Positions 1 to 14,040 of a stretch of 64,000 nt of DNA are shown here, piece by piece. How positions within the stretch are numbered: position 1 is the stretch's first letter; every line of letters begins with the position of its first letter. The notes beneath the pieces were generated by a model. It made no database searches. It was not told where the DNA came from and saw nothing but the letters and a program-made list of their open reading frames with translations. Location of the stretch: assembly GCA_033442325.1 (NCBI GenBank), contig JAWQFM010000019.1:200398-264397 (forward strand), read 5' to 3'. Source of the DNA: Salpingoeca rosetta. Taxonomy: Eukaryota; Protista; Choanoflagellata. A program made the position numbers and the translations under genes.

Positions 1-22
1 CGTGATGTGCTTGTGTGTGCAG

Positions 23-1306
23 CTGGCCGGTGAAAGAGAACATCGAACGCATCATTCAATCTGTCCAGTACGGCGCCACTACGTGAGTTGGATGTTGTCG
101 CATGGGATATGATGGACTGTGCGTTGGTGGGTTGTCTGGTTGTGGCTGTTTAGCATTTGATGGTGCTGCAAGCAATGGTGTCATGTCAGCAGCAATCTTG
201 CCTGTGCTCCTCCCCCCCCCCATCCCATCCTCTTGACGTGTGCTCTTGCATGTCAGGGTGAAGCTGGACCCTGAACAACACCTCCCATATGTCACTGGTG
301 GCCTCGGTACATTGCCTTCAGGGTTTGAGGTTGGTACACGTAGGTGCGTGTGGGTTGTGGTGTTTGGTACTGGCACCGAGCTGGTTTGACGACTCGATGA
401 CCACCACTCTACAACCCCCCCCGCACACACACACACATGCACACGCACATGGCGTTTGCGCAGACGTTGGATGCAAGTCGGCCCTGGCTCGTGTACTGGA
501 GCCTGAATGCGCTGGTGATTCTCGGTGGCACAATCTCGCCAGAGCTGAAAAGAAGGTATTTTCCGTTGACACACCTGATCTGGTACAATACAGGCCATGC
601 GCCATAGCGCCTGCGCTCACGATGTTGAAGGGTCCCTTGCTTTGTCTGTTTTTTGTTTGTTTTTGTTTTTCTGGGAAACCACGCGTCTCAAATTCACACC
701 CGCGCGTGTGTGCTGCACCACTCACACCTGCACCCGACATCACCCCGCCTGCTCAGGGTAATCAACACGCTTCGCATGTGTCAGGCAGAAACAGGTGCGT
801 GCGTGTCGAGTTGTCTCGCTTATGTCCCCATCGCCACTAATGTTGCAGCCGTGCTACCGCACACCCCGCCACCAACACCGCTCAACAACAGCGCCCTCCT
901 CCCTTCCCCTCCCACCTATTACCTCGCTCTTGCTCCACATCAGGCGGGTTTGGCGGTGGTGTTGGTCAGGTCGCACACGCCGCGCCAACATACGCCGCCG
1001 TCAACGCCCTCGCCATTATCGGCACAGAAGAGGCATGGAGCATCATCAACAGGTGTGTGCTTTGGGGAGAGCGGCTTGTATGTGTGTATGTGTGTGTGTT
1101 ATGTGTGTGTTGTATGTGTGTGTGTTATATACGCACACGTCCGCGTACCCGCCAACCTTGTGTCTCTAACGCACTCACATACGCGTGTCATACGTGTCCA
1201 TCTGCAGGGAGAAGCTTGCGTCATGGCTCTCGTCGCTGATTGAGGATGACGGCTCAATGCACATGCACGACGATGGCGAGATTGATGTCAGGTACAGCCC
1301 GTACGC

Positions 1307-1346
<40 letters not shown>

Positions 1347-3422
1347 GTGTGTGTGTGTGTGTGGGTGTGTGTGTGTGTGTGCGTGTGTGTGTTTTAGTCT
1401 TGTCTCTGTTCCATCTGTTTTATGCACGTGTGTGCTTCCCCCTCATGGTGCACTTGTCATGGCGCACTTGTCTCTCCATGTGACATGACCCAAGACGCAC
1501 GCTCACACACTCACACACACTCACACACACTCACACACACCCACTCACAACACACACACACACAACACAAACCACCACCACCACAAACCACCACGTGGTC
1601 CTTGGCTTGCCTTGGCTTGCGCTAGGGCGGTGTATTGCGGCGCATCTGCTGCCCGTCTGTGCGGTCTCGACGTCGACACCATCTTCGCAAAGTGCCCGCA
1701 GTGGGTGGCAAGGTGCGGTGACTGACTTGGGTAGCGTGTCGCTGCCCTTGTTTGGGGTTGGTGTTGGTGCTGGTCGAGACACTTGTTGGTGCTTGACTCG
1801 AACAGCTTTGTGAAACTTCAGCACATCACACCACACGTCACACCTCACACCTTACACCTCACACACACACACATCCATCCACTCCACACTCGTCCACTGC
1901 AGGTGCCAGACATATGAGGGCGGGTTTGCTGCCATTCCGGGCCTGGAGGCACACGGCGGGTACACGTTTTGTGGTTTTGCAGCCATGTCCATCCTCTGCA
2001 GCACACACCTCATCGACATCCCCCGCCTCACAGTCAGTGCATACGCATGTGTGCGTGTGTGTGTGTGTGCGTCTGTGTGTGTGTCTGTGTCTGGAGCACA
2101 TGACCTTCTCTTGCCCTATCGCTCTCTTTTCCCTCCACTCACGTGCCACACGTCCTCCTTTCGCCACCACCAACAACTGCACCGCTGCAGGAGTGGCTGG
2201 CGAACCGGCAGATGCCCATGTCGGGCGGATTCCAGGGACGACCCAACAAACTCGTCGACGGCTGCTACTCGTTCTGGGTTGGCGGATGCTTTCCCATCCT
2301 CGCTGACCTCCTTGAAGGTTTGTGTGTGTGTGCGCGTGTGTGCCTCTGTGTGCATGTATGTATGTATGCATGCATGTATGTTTGTTTGTATGTATGTATA
2401 TATATATATATGTATGTCTCTATGTATGCATGTATGTATGTATGTATGTATGTATCTGTGTCTCTGTTTCTCTGTGTCTCTGTGTCTGTGTTTGGGTGCC
2501 TGTTTGTTTTTGTCTGCTTGGTTTGTGCTGGTCACCTTTCACTTCACGTCACGGATACCACACTCACGCGTACACACATGTGCACCCCGCCACCTTGCCG
2601 CAGCCCAAGGACTGCCGGGTGATGTTGTGAACGCAGAAGCGTTGATTGACTATGTCGTGTGCGTGTGCCAGTGCCCAAGCGGCTTCAGGGACAAGCCTGG
2701 AAAGTGCGTGTACAACCCATACACGCACATGTCCACACACCATGCACGTGCATGCTCACACATTATACTTGCGCGCGCCCACAGCCCATTAACACGAGCG
2801 CCTCCTCTTGACGACGGCCTGCTTCTTGCGCCACACCACACAATGCGCTTGTCCTTCGCCCGCTCACCATCTCACTAATCACCACCAACGCCCCTTTTCA
2901 GGCGGCAAGACTACTACCACACGAGCTACTGCCTGAGCGGCCTGGCGTCCATGAAGCGGTTTGCACCCAACGTGAGTCACATCGCTCGCTTCCATTGTGG
3001 GTGTGCCTGTTTCGCGTATGCTGTGTTTGGGTGACATTAAGGCCCCCAATGCACAGTCGCGCACCTGCACCCATTGCCCACAACCTCGTTCACTCACTGG
3101 TTTCCGCTGCTCTGTTGGTGACAGCATCCAATCCTTTCACAGCTGAACGCAACACACCCCATCCACAACGTCCCACCAGCGAACGTGAGCTTATCGTGCT
3201 GATGGCTTGCTGTAAAACATACACACACCTGCACATACCTGCACTCACTTGCACTCACGCACGCACTCACTCACCTGCACTCACTTGCACTCACACACGC
3301 ACACACACACGCACACACACACGCGCACACCTGCACTCACCCACTAACGCATGCACACCTTTCGTGCGCAGGCTGAACGCATGATCCAGGCCATGTCCAG
3401 CCAGACCACCACAAGGCACTGA
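23..3422 (+). CDS. FNTB: Protein farnesyltransferase beta subunit (about 13 exons in window, 5' end outside window)
   Basis: Spliced exons give TLDASRPWLVYW (464), GGFGGGVGQVAHAAPTYAAV (943), DGEIDVR/AVYC, CQTYEGGFAAIPGLEAHGGYTFCG (1902), GGFQGRPNKLVDGCYSFWVG (Zn-ligand DGC), GFRDKPGK and DYYHTSYCLSGL (2901). Last exon is AERMIQAMSSQTTTRH* with TGA at 3420-3422. Confidence 0.96.
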
Positions 3423-3629
3423 AACCCCTACCCCCCCCCCACCCCACACACACACATTCCCTCCCCATAACTGTATCCACCTCCATTGAAAACCACACAC
3501 CCTTTCACCACAACAAATAATACAATTTCAAAGTTGCATCATCTTCACGCACATTCTCCCCTCGATGTAAACCCCTGTATGAAAATTTGCCGCACACCAC
3601 CCCCGCGTGTGCACGTGCAGCTGGTTACG

Positions 3630-4718
3630 ATGCCACCACCACCACCACCACCTGTGTTGGAGACCTGGGCACCGCTCGCTTGGGAGAGTTCCGCAATTGT
3701 CCTTTGGGTTCAGCTGGAAGAAGGCCTGCGCAGGTCCAATGACAACAGTGCCATGCAGGTGGAAGAGCATGGTGATGTGGGAGTTGTGCACAGCCCCTTC
3801 CCTTGCTTACCTGCAATCATTGACTTTGTCTTCCACTCGAACGCTGTCGAGGGCGTCCCCGTGGACCTGGACACCACGCAGCGACTGATAAAAGAGCATG
3901 TACAAAGCACAAATCATGGTCCGCAAGTCGACGAGCACAACGTGCCCACTCTCGGCGCTGATGCCCTTGCTGGCGATGATGATGACGATGATGATGATGA
4001 TGACGACGACGACGTTCATGTTGTTGCCGACATTGGTGATGAAAAGGGCGGCACGGACACACATCTCGGTACACGAACAACACACGCACTTGACAAGACC
4101 ACAACTTCAGCACCCAAGATGACAACCAAGAACGACAGCGCTCGCCGCTTTGTTCTTCAGCATCTAACTTCGATGGTGTGGATCCAACAACAGCCACTGC
4201 ACGAGCTCTCGACAGAAACCATCCGCCACTTGCATCTCATCCTCATGGAGGGTCTGGAGGGTGCGGAGGACGGTGTTGACATGCAGCCAGGCGTGTACCG
4301 CACAACCCCATGCGGAGCGCACGGCGTGGGTGGCCGGCCAGTGCAGTATGCGGACCATACCACCATTCCCCGCCGCATGGAGCAGCTCGTCACCAGCACA
4401 TGCGAACAACTGCAAGCACTTCATCCTCGCGAGCTCACTCCGGACGTCTTCTACGTTGCTGGCAAGTTTCTTGTCGAGTTTCTAGCCATCCACCCTTTTG
4501 GCGATGGCAATGGGCGCTTGGCCCGGCTGCTTGTGCATTGGATCCTGTACAAGCACGGCTTCTTGCTGCCACTCTCCTTGGTCAAAGGCAAGCACAAGCG
4601 GGCGCGCCGACACTACTTGCAAGTTCTCGATCGCACGCAGCACCGTAACACAGACGTCTCCCTGGCTGCAACCTACATCCTCAGCCACGCCGTGCATGCA
4701 CTCGACGAGTACCGGTAG
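3630..4718 (+). CDS. Fic/DOC-family protein (putative AMPylase), single exon
   Basis: Complete Fic motif HPFGDGNGRLAR at about 4491, PGVYRT flap region, and an N-terminal autoinhibitory (S/T)xxxE(G/N) motif SNAVEG at about 3837. The start codon is uncertain (3630 chosen). Confidence 0.92.
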   Translation: MPPPPPPPVLETWAPLAWESSAIVLWVQLEEGLRRSNDNSAMQVEEHGDVGVVHSPFPCLPAIIDFVFHSNAVEGVPVDLDTTQRLIKEHVQSTNHGPQVDEHNVPTLGADALAGDDDDDDDDDDDDDVHVVADIGDEKGGTDTHLGTRTTHALDKTTTSAPKMTTKNDSARRFVLQHLTSMVWIQQQPLHELSTETIRHLHLILMEGLEGAEDGVDMQPGVYRTTPCGAHGVGGRPVQYADHTTIPRRMEQLVTSTCEQLQALHPRELTPDVFYVAGKFLVEFLAIHPFGDGNGRLARLLVHWILYKHGFLLPLSLVKGKHKRARRHYLQVLDRTQHRNTDVSLAATYILSHAVHALDEYR

Positions 4719-5319
4719 TAGTAGTATGCCACGAGACGAACAACAGCACTTGCTTTGGTTTGGTGGTTTCACAGCATAACGCTATAACGGCCACTCGCTT
4801 ACAATTACAATACTTGAACAATGGAGAAACTGGCACCCCATACGAGACCCTCACAGCCTCATGTACATACATATAGTCGACGTGCTTGCTTCTTCCAACT
4901 TTCTGAACCCGCTTTCTCGATCATCTAGCACTTCCCAATCCACTTGCGCCTTCCCTACCCAACCGCACGACCCCCCCCCCCCTGTTTCTGTTTCAACCCC
5001 ATCTCCGAAGCCAATACACTGCCGCCACACAATTGGTATTCTCGCATTCTAATCATCTTTGTCCTCGGTTGTATGAACAGCCAACGAAAACATCAATTGA
5101 CAGTCGCAGACCTTAACCTACCCTTTCTTTCACACAATGCTCCATCACAGTCCCCAGCGCACAAGTGCAAGTACATACAAGCAAGAGAGCAACACAACAG
5201 CAACCACCACAGACGTGCACATGACACACGCACACACATACATGCACACACACACACACATACACACACACACACACACACACCAACAAACTCTTGCCCA
5301 CCATCACAGACAGTTCCCA

Positions 5320-7917
5320 TCAGACGTTGAACTGCACGCGATTGCGTCCTCTGTGCACGCGCGACCGATGACGACGGTTTCTGCACACAAACACACACAC
5401 ACATATGTGCATGAGTACAAGGTGACATTGCGTGCGGCACACAAGCGCGAGAAGCACGAGAAAAAACCCAGATGGCGTGGACACAACCAGCACAAATACA
5501 GCAGCCGGCACACCTCGTAGCTTTGTCGATGAAGCTCTGCTGCTTCTCGACAATCCCGCGCCACGCAGGCGACGTCTCCAACAGTGCTGTCACAGCATTG
5601 CGCTGCTCCCGCGAGCACATGCCCAGGATTCGATCGAGCGCCTTTGAAGGGAAACAGGTGGCGTGATTGCATAGCAGGTGTGACGTTAGAAGGAGTCTGG
5701 ATGTTCAACTCAAAGATGCGCACATGGGTGCGCATGGCTGCGCATGCACGCACGCAGACAACAAACATAAGCACACACATAAGCACACACAAGCGCGCGT
5801 ACACACACACATAAGCACACACAAGCACATGTTCATTGACGGGTTTCTGCCACTCGACCAACCTGGTGCACGCAGAGCGGGAGGGGAAGACCAACAGCAT
5901 CAAGGACGTTCAGCTGCGCCACAACCTCAAACGCAGTCCTGGCATTGGGTCAAAAGCGGCAACAAACCATCAGGCTTCTTGAGATGATGAATGATACAAG
6001 GAAAGCAAATCGCAAGCCACACACACACACACACAGACACAGAAACAAAGTCACACACACACAGAGACACACACAGGCACACACACAGGCACACACACAC
6101 ACACGACACAGGCACACACACACAAGCACACACGACACAGGCACACACACACAGGCACACACGACACAGACAGCCACACAAACCTCTGCGGCCGCTGCTC
6201 TGCGAGTTGCGGGATGAGACGCAGCAGGATGGCCACGCGAATGCGCGCCCACTCGTGCGCGTGTGTGTCGTAGCGCCGCATCACCACTTCCCGCATTCCC
6301 GGATGCCGGAACCGCGGGCACAGCCCGTCCGTCAACACAAGGTGGCGGCACTCAAACGCAGCCAGGTTGTACCAAAACGCAGAGGGCATGTCCGCTGCGG
6401 CCGGCATCAGCCGCTGAAGGTCAAGCACAGTCAGATTGCCTTCGCTGGCAGCAACAAACTGGAGGTACAAGCGCACGGGGTGGTAGTCCTCAAGATGGTC
6501 GAAGATGGCGCTGTCATCGTCAGCGGTGAAATCCTCCAGTGTTCCACGCTGCCCGACACCAGCTGCATCCGTCCGGGTGGTGCTCGCATCCCCACCTCCG
6601 TTACCCGTGCCACCCCCCTCACCCTCACCGTCATCACCATCATCGCCACCACCCTCCCCATCCCCTTCCTCCTCGTCCTCCTCGTCCTCCTCGTCCTCCT
6701 CGTCCTCCTCGTCCTCCTCGTCCTCCTCGTCCTCCTCGCGTGTGCCGTCAAGGCGATCAAGGATACACGTCAGCACTTCATCACAGAACTGCTCACAGTC
6801 CATGGTTACGCCTCCACTGCCGCCACAAGCGTCACCAGCGTCACTGCCATCATCGTTACCACCACCATCATCAGCGGCACCACCGTCGCTTGCCTGCCGC
6901 AGCACGTTCAGGACGTGGCCGTCTGTGGAGAAGGCGAGGGCCTCGTTGGCCACCAGCACAGCAAGGTACGGTGCTTCCGTCTGGCGACACAGCGCCTGCA
7001 GCCGTCTCACATCATCCTCGCTCAGGGCTCCACGCTGCACCACCGCATTCTGCCGCGCCAATGCAGACACAAATGCCAACCAGCCAATTGATGTCGATGA
7101 CGCTGACGGCGACGTTGTTGATGAAGACGAGGCCGACGTGGCAGGCGTGGTGCTCGTGGTGGAGGCGGTGGTGGACGGTAGTGATGGTGCTGGCTGCGGG
7201 ACGGGTGCGATTGCTGATGGGCCCACAACGTCCCACACGCTGGTCTGTGAGCTTGCAGGCATCGCCGTAGCCTCACCATCCCCATTACCATCATCGTCAC
7301 CGGCTGCAGCCGTGTAGCAGTGCGCCACGCGCACCGGGTGCCAGTTGTACTCGCCAGCCCGTGCCCTGGCCTGCTTGGTCGCTGACGTGATTGCATGCGT
7401 GAGTTGCGCAGGGTCTTCTTGCTTCACAGGGGTTCGCGACGTCACAATAAACACCACATTGTCTGGCACCGCTGGCGGAATGACGTCATCCTGGCAACAG
7501 CGTTGGTGATCATGGTCATGGTTGGGTGATGGCGATCGGGTGTGTTTGAAGGTGAGTGGAAGCAGGCTGCCTGCTGTGTGTGTGTGTATGTGTGTGTGTG
7601 TGTGTGCGTGTGTGCGTGCGTGTGTGTGTGCATGTGTGTGCGTGTGTGTATTGTATGCGTGTTCGCCTTGTGTGCGTGTGTGTGCGTTGTGCGCCAGTCT
7701 TCACGTTGGTGGAGTCTTTCGTTACAACAGTGACTGCGTGCATGCACAGGCAAAGAGCAACCGTGGTCAGTGCTTACCAGCGTGGCATCTTCGCCGAGTG
7801 CATGAAAGTCGTCGATAATGACAAACACGGGGTCCTGTCATGTGTGGCGCGGAGATGATTGAGTGTCCAAAACGGAAACGAAAGGAAGGCACAGCGGGGC
7901 ACGCGACAGCACGCAGG

Positions 7918-7950
<33 letters not shown>

Positions 7951-10900
7951 CCACACCCACACCCCCACCCCCACGCACACCCACACACACACAACCTTGG
8001 CGTCGTGAGCTGCAGCGGTGAGGGCCTCTGTGAGCGCCGTTGTCCGTGCCACAGCGAGGTTTGAGGGGATGGTACGGGAACCAGCACGAAGCGGCTCAAG
8101 GGCCCGCGGTGACACATATCCACGACGCAGCGTCTCCAGAGACTCAACCTCGACTGGTGGGGACGGCACGGGGGTGTGAGGACAATTACACAAGGGATTG
8201 CAGGGTACAAGTCTTCACACGTGCGCACACGCACGCAAGAGGCACAACGTTCGCAAGACACGCACAACACACATCGTAACGAATACCCACACCCACACCC
8301 ACACCCACACCCACACCCACACCCACCCACACACCCACCCACACACCCACCCACACACACCCATACACACACATACACACACACACCCACAGTCCACGCA
8401 CCGAATTCCTCGTGATTCTCGTCCAGGAGCTCAAGAATGTCGTGTGGGCGGATGCGCATGGCATACTTGCCGGCGCGGCTGGCGTGGGTGATGGCAACAT
8501 CGACGGTGCTCAGACGAAGTGGCGAGCCGCGTGCAAGCGAGCCATCCACGTGGGCAGGCAGCGTCGAGCACGACCGCAGGCGCGCTGGCGACGTTGACTG
8601 CGGCGGTGGCGGCGAGATGAGCCGGGAGTGCAGCTCGTGTGGGTGAGGGGCACTCAACCCTTGCCCTGTGGACACACCACCCCGAGTGGCGCCTGACGTG
8701 TCATCACCGTCTTCATTGCCATCGCCATCACCACGGTCTTCATCACTCCACGTCACCCCGCGCTTCTGCCGGCGCGTTCGAGTTGCTTTCATCTCATCAC
8801 CGCTCGCCGCCTCCGCCTGTGCAGCGGGGGCGCACAGCACGCCTGTCGCCGGAAGCGGTGGCCGTGATGATGATGGTGATGAAAGTGATGAGAACGATGA
8901 CGACGATGCTGCCTCCTGTGTCCCTCCCATCGATGACAGTGATGGCGGTGGTCGCGGTGGGGATGATGATGATGATGATGGTGGGTGATCGACAACGACG
9001 GTTGGGAGCGGCGGGGGTGCGCTCGAATCATCACCGCGTCCACGCGTCCGGCCCCTGCGCCGCCTGCCATCCACAGACGATGACGACGATGTTGGCACTG
9101 TTGTTGCTGTTGCTGTTGCTGTTACTGTTGTTGTGGTGGTGGCTGTGGTTGTGGTTGTGGTGGTTGGTGCTGCAGCGTGCGGTGTGCTGCTTGCATGCGC
9201 GGGTGCATGGTCACCGCCCTGGCTTTCGTCGTCATCAGCATCAACCGCCATGGCCGTTGCAACGTCAAAGCTTGGCGCTGGTGGGCCTGCTGCTGTTGCT
9301 GTTGGTGGTGGTGAACGTGAGGTGGCGGCGGTGGGCGTGGAAGCAGAAGTCGTGGTCAGCTGCGGTGGAGGCGGAGGTCCCGCATTGCCGCCACGACCAC
9401 GCTGTCGCTGCCGCCGCACAGCGCCACCACTGCTGTGCTCATCATCGGTCTTTGCTTGCTTTCTCGGACGTCGCCCGTCCCTGTCGTCGTTCAAGCGTGC
9501 ACAGTGACCGTTGTCACCATCACCACCACCGCCACCGCCATCGTCGGCGTGGCTGCTCTTGAAGCGGCCACTCTGCCCCTCAGGTGTCAACACGTCACGA
9601 CGACCACCACCATCACCAGCACTCGTACGGTCGTCACCATCGTCACGCCCGCCAACAGCGTCGCTAGCGTCACCATCACTGGTGCCGGGTGCAACTTCGC
9701 CCCTGTCCATGGAGCTGAGCATGTCTGCCGCCTCCTCCAGCGCCACAAGTCGTTCACGGCGACACTTGTCAAGGTATGCTGTCGGGATCTCACAGCACAT
9801 GCTGCGCTTCCACAGCCGTTCTCCCTGCCACCCGCCCTTGAACGCCAGGCAGTCGTGAACGCAAATTGGCCGCGTTGCATTCGGGTTTCGCCGGACGCAG
9901 TGTTGTTGTTGTTGCTGCTGCTGCTGCTGCTGCCGCACATCGCTCGGAGCACCGGCACCGATACCAACGCCGGCTCCTGGCTGCTGCTGCTGCTGCTGCT
10001 GCTGTTGTTGCTGTTGCTGTTGTGACGCGTCACCGGTTGTAGGTGGAGTGGCGGGGGCAAGGGTCGCCGGCGCCTTCATCTCCGTCAGCTTGCCAACCAG
10101 TGAGACGGGGAGGCGGCCAGGCAGCAGTCGCACCTGCTCCCCAGGCTTCAGCTCAAAGCTCTCACACAGATACCGCCCAGCAGTAAACTTGACGTAACAT
10201 TCTGGGGCAATGATGGTGCCGACAGCCCACAGCCCGCACGGCGTACTTGACGCGCGGCGGCGGCGACCACGACCGCGGTACGAGCCAGCACGACTCCCTG
10301 GTCGACTCCCAGCCCGCGAGCCAGGGCGGCTGGCGTTGTGGCTGCCGGGGCGACTGCTGCTGCGGCTGCGGACACGGCGCAGCGTTGGCGGTGGACTTGC
10401 GCTCAAGCCGGGACTGCTGGCTCGCCGGCCCCGCCTCGACCTGTCATCGCTGTCATCGTCACCATCACCGCCATCACCGCCATCACCACTCGTGCCGTTG
10501 CCGCTGCGATCCGCAAGCAGCGCAAGACGAGGCGTGGCCAGCGGGTGTGGCCTGCCTTCATCGTGCTCGCCGTGGTTGGTGGTGGCAATGGTGGCGGCGC
10601 TGCCAGTGAGGAGGTGAGGCAGCGGCGGCGGTGCGTCTGGATTGGTGTTCTTGCGCCGACGCGTCCGCCCGCGCGTTCTGTGTGACAACGATGTTGGTGC
10701 CTGTTCTGCAGTTGCTGCTGCTGCTGCTGTTGTTGAGGCGGTTGGTGACATGGCGTTTGAAGGCACGCTCTTGCCGCTCTGCCACTGGCGGCGGTGGGTG
10801 TCACTGCCACCGATGTCGCCATCATCGCTGTGTTCACGCGCTGCGGGGATTCGTCCAGCGCTCCGGCCTGTGCTCGCCCGCGCGTGTCCTGGTGACAGGT

Positions 10901-11938
10901 CGCTAGCAGAGTGGCCGTGGCCAGGGGTACGAACATCGTGTGCGTGCGGTTGGTGTGGTTGCGACGGCGATAGCGCCTGTGACTGGGACTGCGTGTGCGA
11001 CATGTGGTGTGCGTGCGAGGTCGTGCTAGCGCTGGCGCTGTCAGCGCCCAGCTGCGACGACGACAGGCGATGCGTAGACGGGGAGCGACTGAGGTATTCT
11101 GTGGACATGCTGGGCACGTTGAACATGGGGGCAACGTGGTCGCCGTCAAACACGCTGCGGCTGCGCGGGCGAGCAGGGAGCAGCCGCACGCCGAGCTGGT
11201 TCGAGGTGCCGCCACTTGACCTGCCCTTGCGTTGCTCACCGCCTCGGGTCATCGCACCAGCAGCATCCGTGGCCGCATTCGCCGTCCCTCCTATTGTTGT
11301 TGCTGTTGTTGTTGTTTTTGACGTCGGACGTGGCGGAGAGTTGCCAGGCGACGACGCTGCAGTTGTCCCCGGTGTTGTCGCTGTTGATGACATTGCTGTT
11401 GTGCTCGGTACAACGCGCGTGCCCAGGTCGATGCCGGGGGCGGCGCGTGGTGACAGCGACAGCCGCATGTGCGCACCTCGGGCCGTGCTGCCGGAATTGC
11501 GTGCTGTGGCCATGGTGCGGAGGGAGGACCCAACGGCCGGCGGGGCATGCGCAACGCCCCCATACGTGTTGGAGCGCGGACGCCGCTTCCGACGTCGCCC
11601 GGAATTGGACACCGTACGGGACGGCCCGTTGTTTGCCGCATATCCATCATCAGCATCATCATCATCACCATCGCCACCATCACCACCACGGTTACTGTCT
11701 TCGGTGCTGCTGCCCATTGAAGAGAAGGGGCTGGCATGGTCTGCGTTGGTATGCGTTGCCGCCTGCGCCGATGGTGATGGTGATGGCGGTGGTGAGGACT
11801 GTGACAGCGACGATGGAAGCACGATGGCTGGTGGCTGCTGCGACATGGCTGCTTCCTCTGCTGTCATTGCCACCGCCTCCTTCAGCGGTGCCAGCGAGCC
11901 TTCACGCGAGGCTGCGTGGCGACCACTGCTCATCGATC

Positions 11939-11972
<34 letters not shown>

Positions 11973-13223
11973 CGGCTGCTGCTGCTGTTGTTGATGGAAT
12001 GGGGTGTGCAGAGGGCGCGGCTGCTGCTGTTGGCGCTCGAGTGCGTTGCCGAGCGTTTGAGTGGTTGCTGTTCGTGTGTCTGTGCCATCTGCGGTATTGC
12101 TCGCGGTCGACGCATCATCAAAGCTGCGGCGCTCGGGAAGTTTTCTGTGTGGCCGCCGCTGCTGCTGCTGCTGCTGCTGCTGTTGTTGTTGAGCATCGTC
12201 TCCGGGCGGCTGGCCCATGGTGGCTTCAAAGGAGGGCAGGTGTGGCCGTGCCGTCAAGCTCTTGGCTCGGGATTTCGGGCCCAACAATGACGCCTCCTTC
12301 GCTTCACCACCACGAACAACACCATTACCACCACCACCGCCGCCGCCGCCGCCGCCGCTGTTGTCGTCGTCCCCATTCTGCCACGTGCCTGCACGTGTGT
12401 CTGTGGAGAGCTGGTCCTCTGTGAAGTGTCTGAACACATGTACAGGGTGCATGCCAGGAAACACCCCAAACCGCTTGGAGCGGAGCGACTTGACGACATA
12501 GGCCGGCACGTTGTGTTTGAGCGCGCGCACGTTGACCAAATCGCCAGCACGGAGCTTGCAGGCAAGCGTTGTCTCTTCGGTCTCGCACTGGTAGTCGCAA
12601 ACCAGCTTGAACGTGTTCCCTTCCACCCGCTTCAGGTACCTGTTGGGTGGTTTGTGTGTGTGTGTGTGTGTTGTGTGTATGTGTGTGTGCGTGCCCTGTT
12701 GGGTGGTTTGTGTGTGTGTGTGTGTGTGTTGTGTGTGTTGTGTGAGGACATTCAGTGCGCATGCTTCGGTGGACAACGAACAAATGTTGAGCAAAACAAA
12801 GTTGGCGACGCGCTAACCCAACACACACACATACACATGCTGCTGATCTCACTGGAATGGGATGTAGATTGGGCGGCGGAAGCAAAAGTTGCGGTGGGCC
12901 GAGGATGAGCCGCGGGTGCGATACGTTGATGATGATGATGATGATGACGACGACGATGATGATGCATGTTTTGCTGTGGCTGACGTTGCATTGCCCCTCG
13001 CTTTTGCCTTTGACGATGATGTGACGACGGCGGGGAAGCGGATCTGTGCGTATGTCATGTAGAAGCGCGTGCACACCTCCAAGTGCTCGCCTTTGCTGAA
13101 CACATGCTGCGAATAAACATGCTGTAACACCACACAAACACACACACATGCACATGTATACAGGCGAAATTGGCAAACTCGTGAGCTGGTGTGTGTGTGT
13201 ATGATATCACACGTGCTTGACAC

Positions 13224-13263
<40 letters not shown>

Positions 13264-13271
13264 CACCAATC

Positions 13272-13327
<56 letters not shown>

Positions 13328-13935
13328 GACCACCACCAATCACCACCAATCACCACCAATCACCACTACTACTACTCCTACAATCACCACCGTCGCCAAC
13401 GTCATCATCACTAGCCGTTGCTGACGTACAAAGGCCTGGTGTCGGGCTGTGCCGACGGATGCGGCGAGGTCAGCGGTGCGGTCGCGCAGCCCAAGTTGCG
13501 TGCAGATGCTTGACACGACGTCGTGCGCACGCTTCGACGTGCTCGTCGCAGCGCACATGTGCCTGTCCGCCATTTGCAGCGCAGGTGTGTGTGCGTGTGA
13601 GTTGTGTTTGGTGTCGAAGGGCTACGATGAGAAAATAATGTTCCAACGATACTTGGTTGGCGTATACGAACGAACACAGACGCACATGCCACACACATAC
13701 ACACGCACACATACACACACAGGCACACAAGCAGACAGGGCTTACGTGACGAGGTTGGCGTTTGGGTAGCGCTGAAGAAGGTTGAGGGCAATCTGGGCCA
13801 CATGGAGGGATTTTCCGCCACCAAAAGGTCCATGAACATTCACCACGCGGGCGCCGCTGTCAATGGACTTCAAGAGTTCAGTCTCGCAAATGGTCGACTT
13901 TGGGCGAAGCGGACTTTCACCTCTGGCAGGACCCC

Positions 13936-13976
<41 letters not shown>

Positions 13977-13984
13977 CACCAATC

Positions 13985-14040
<56 letters not shown>

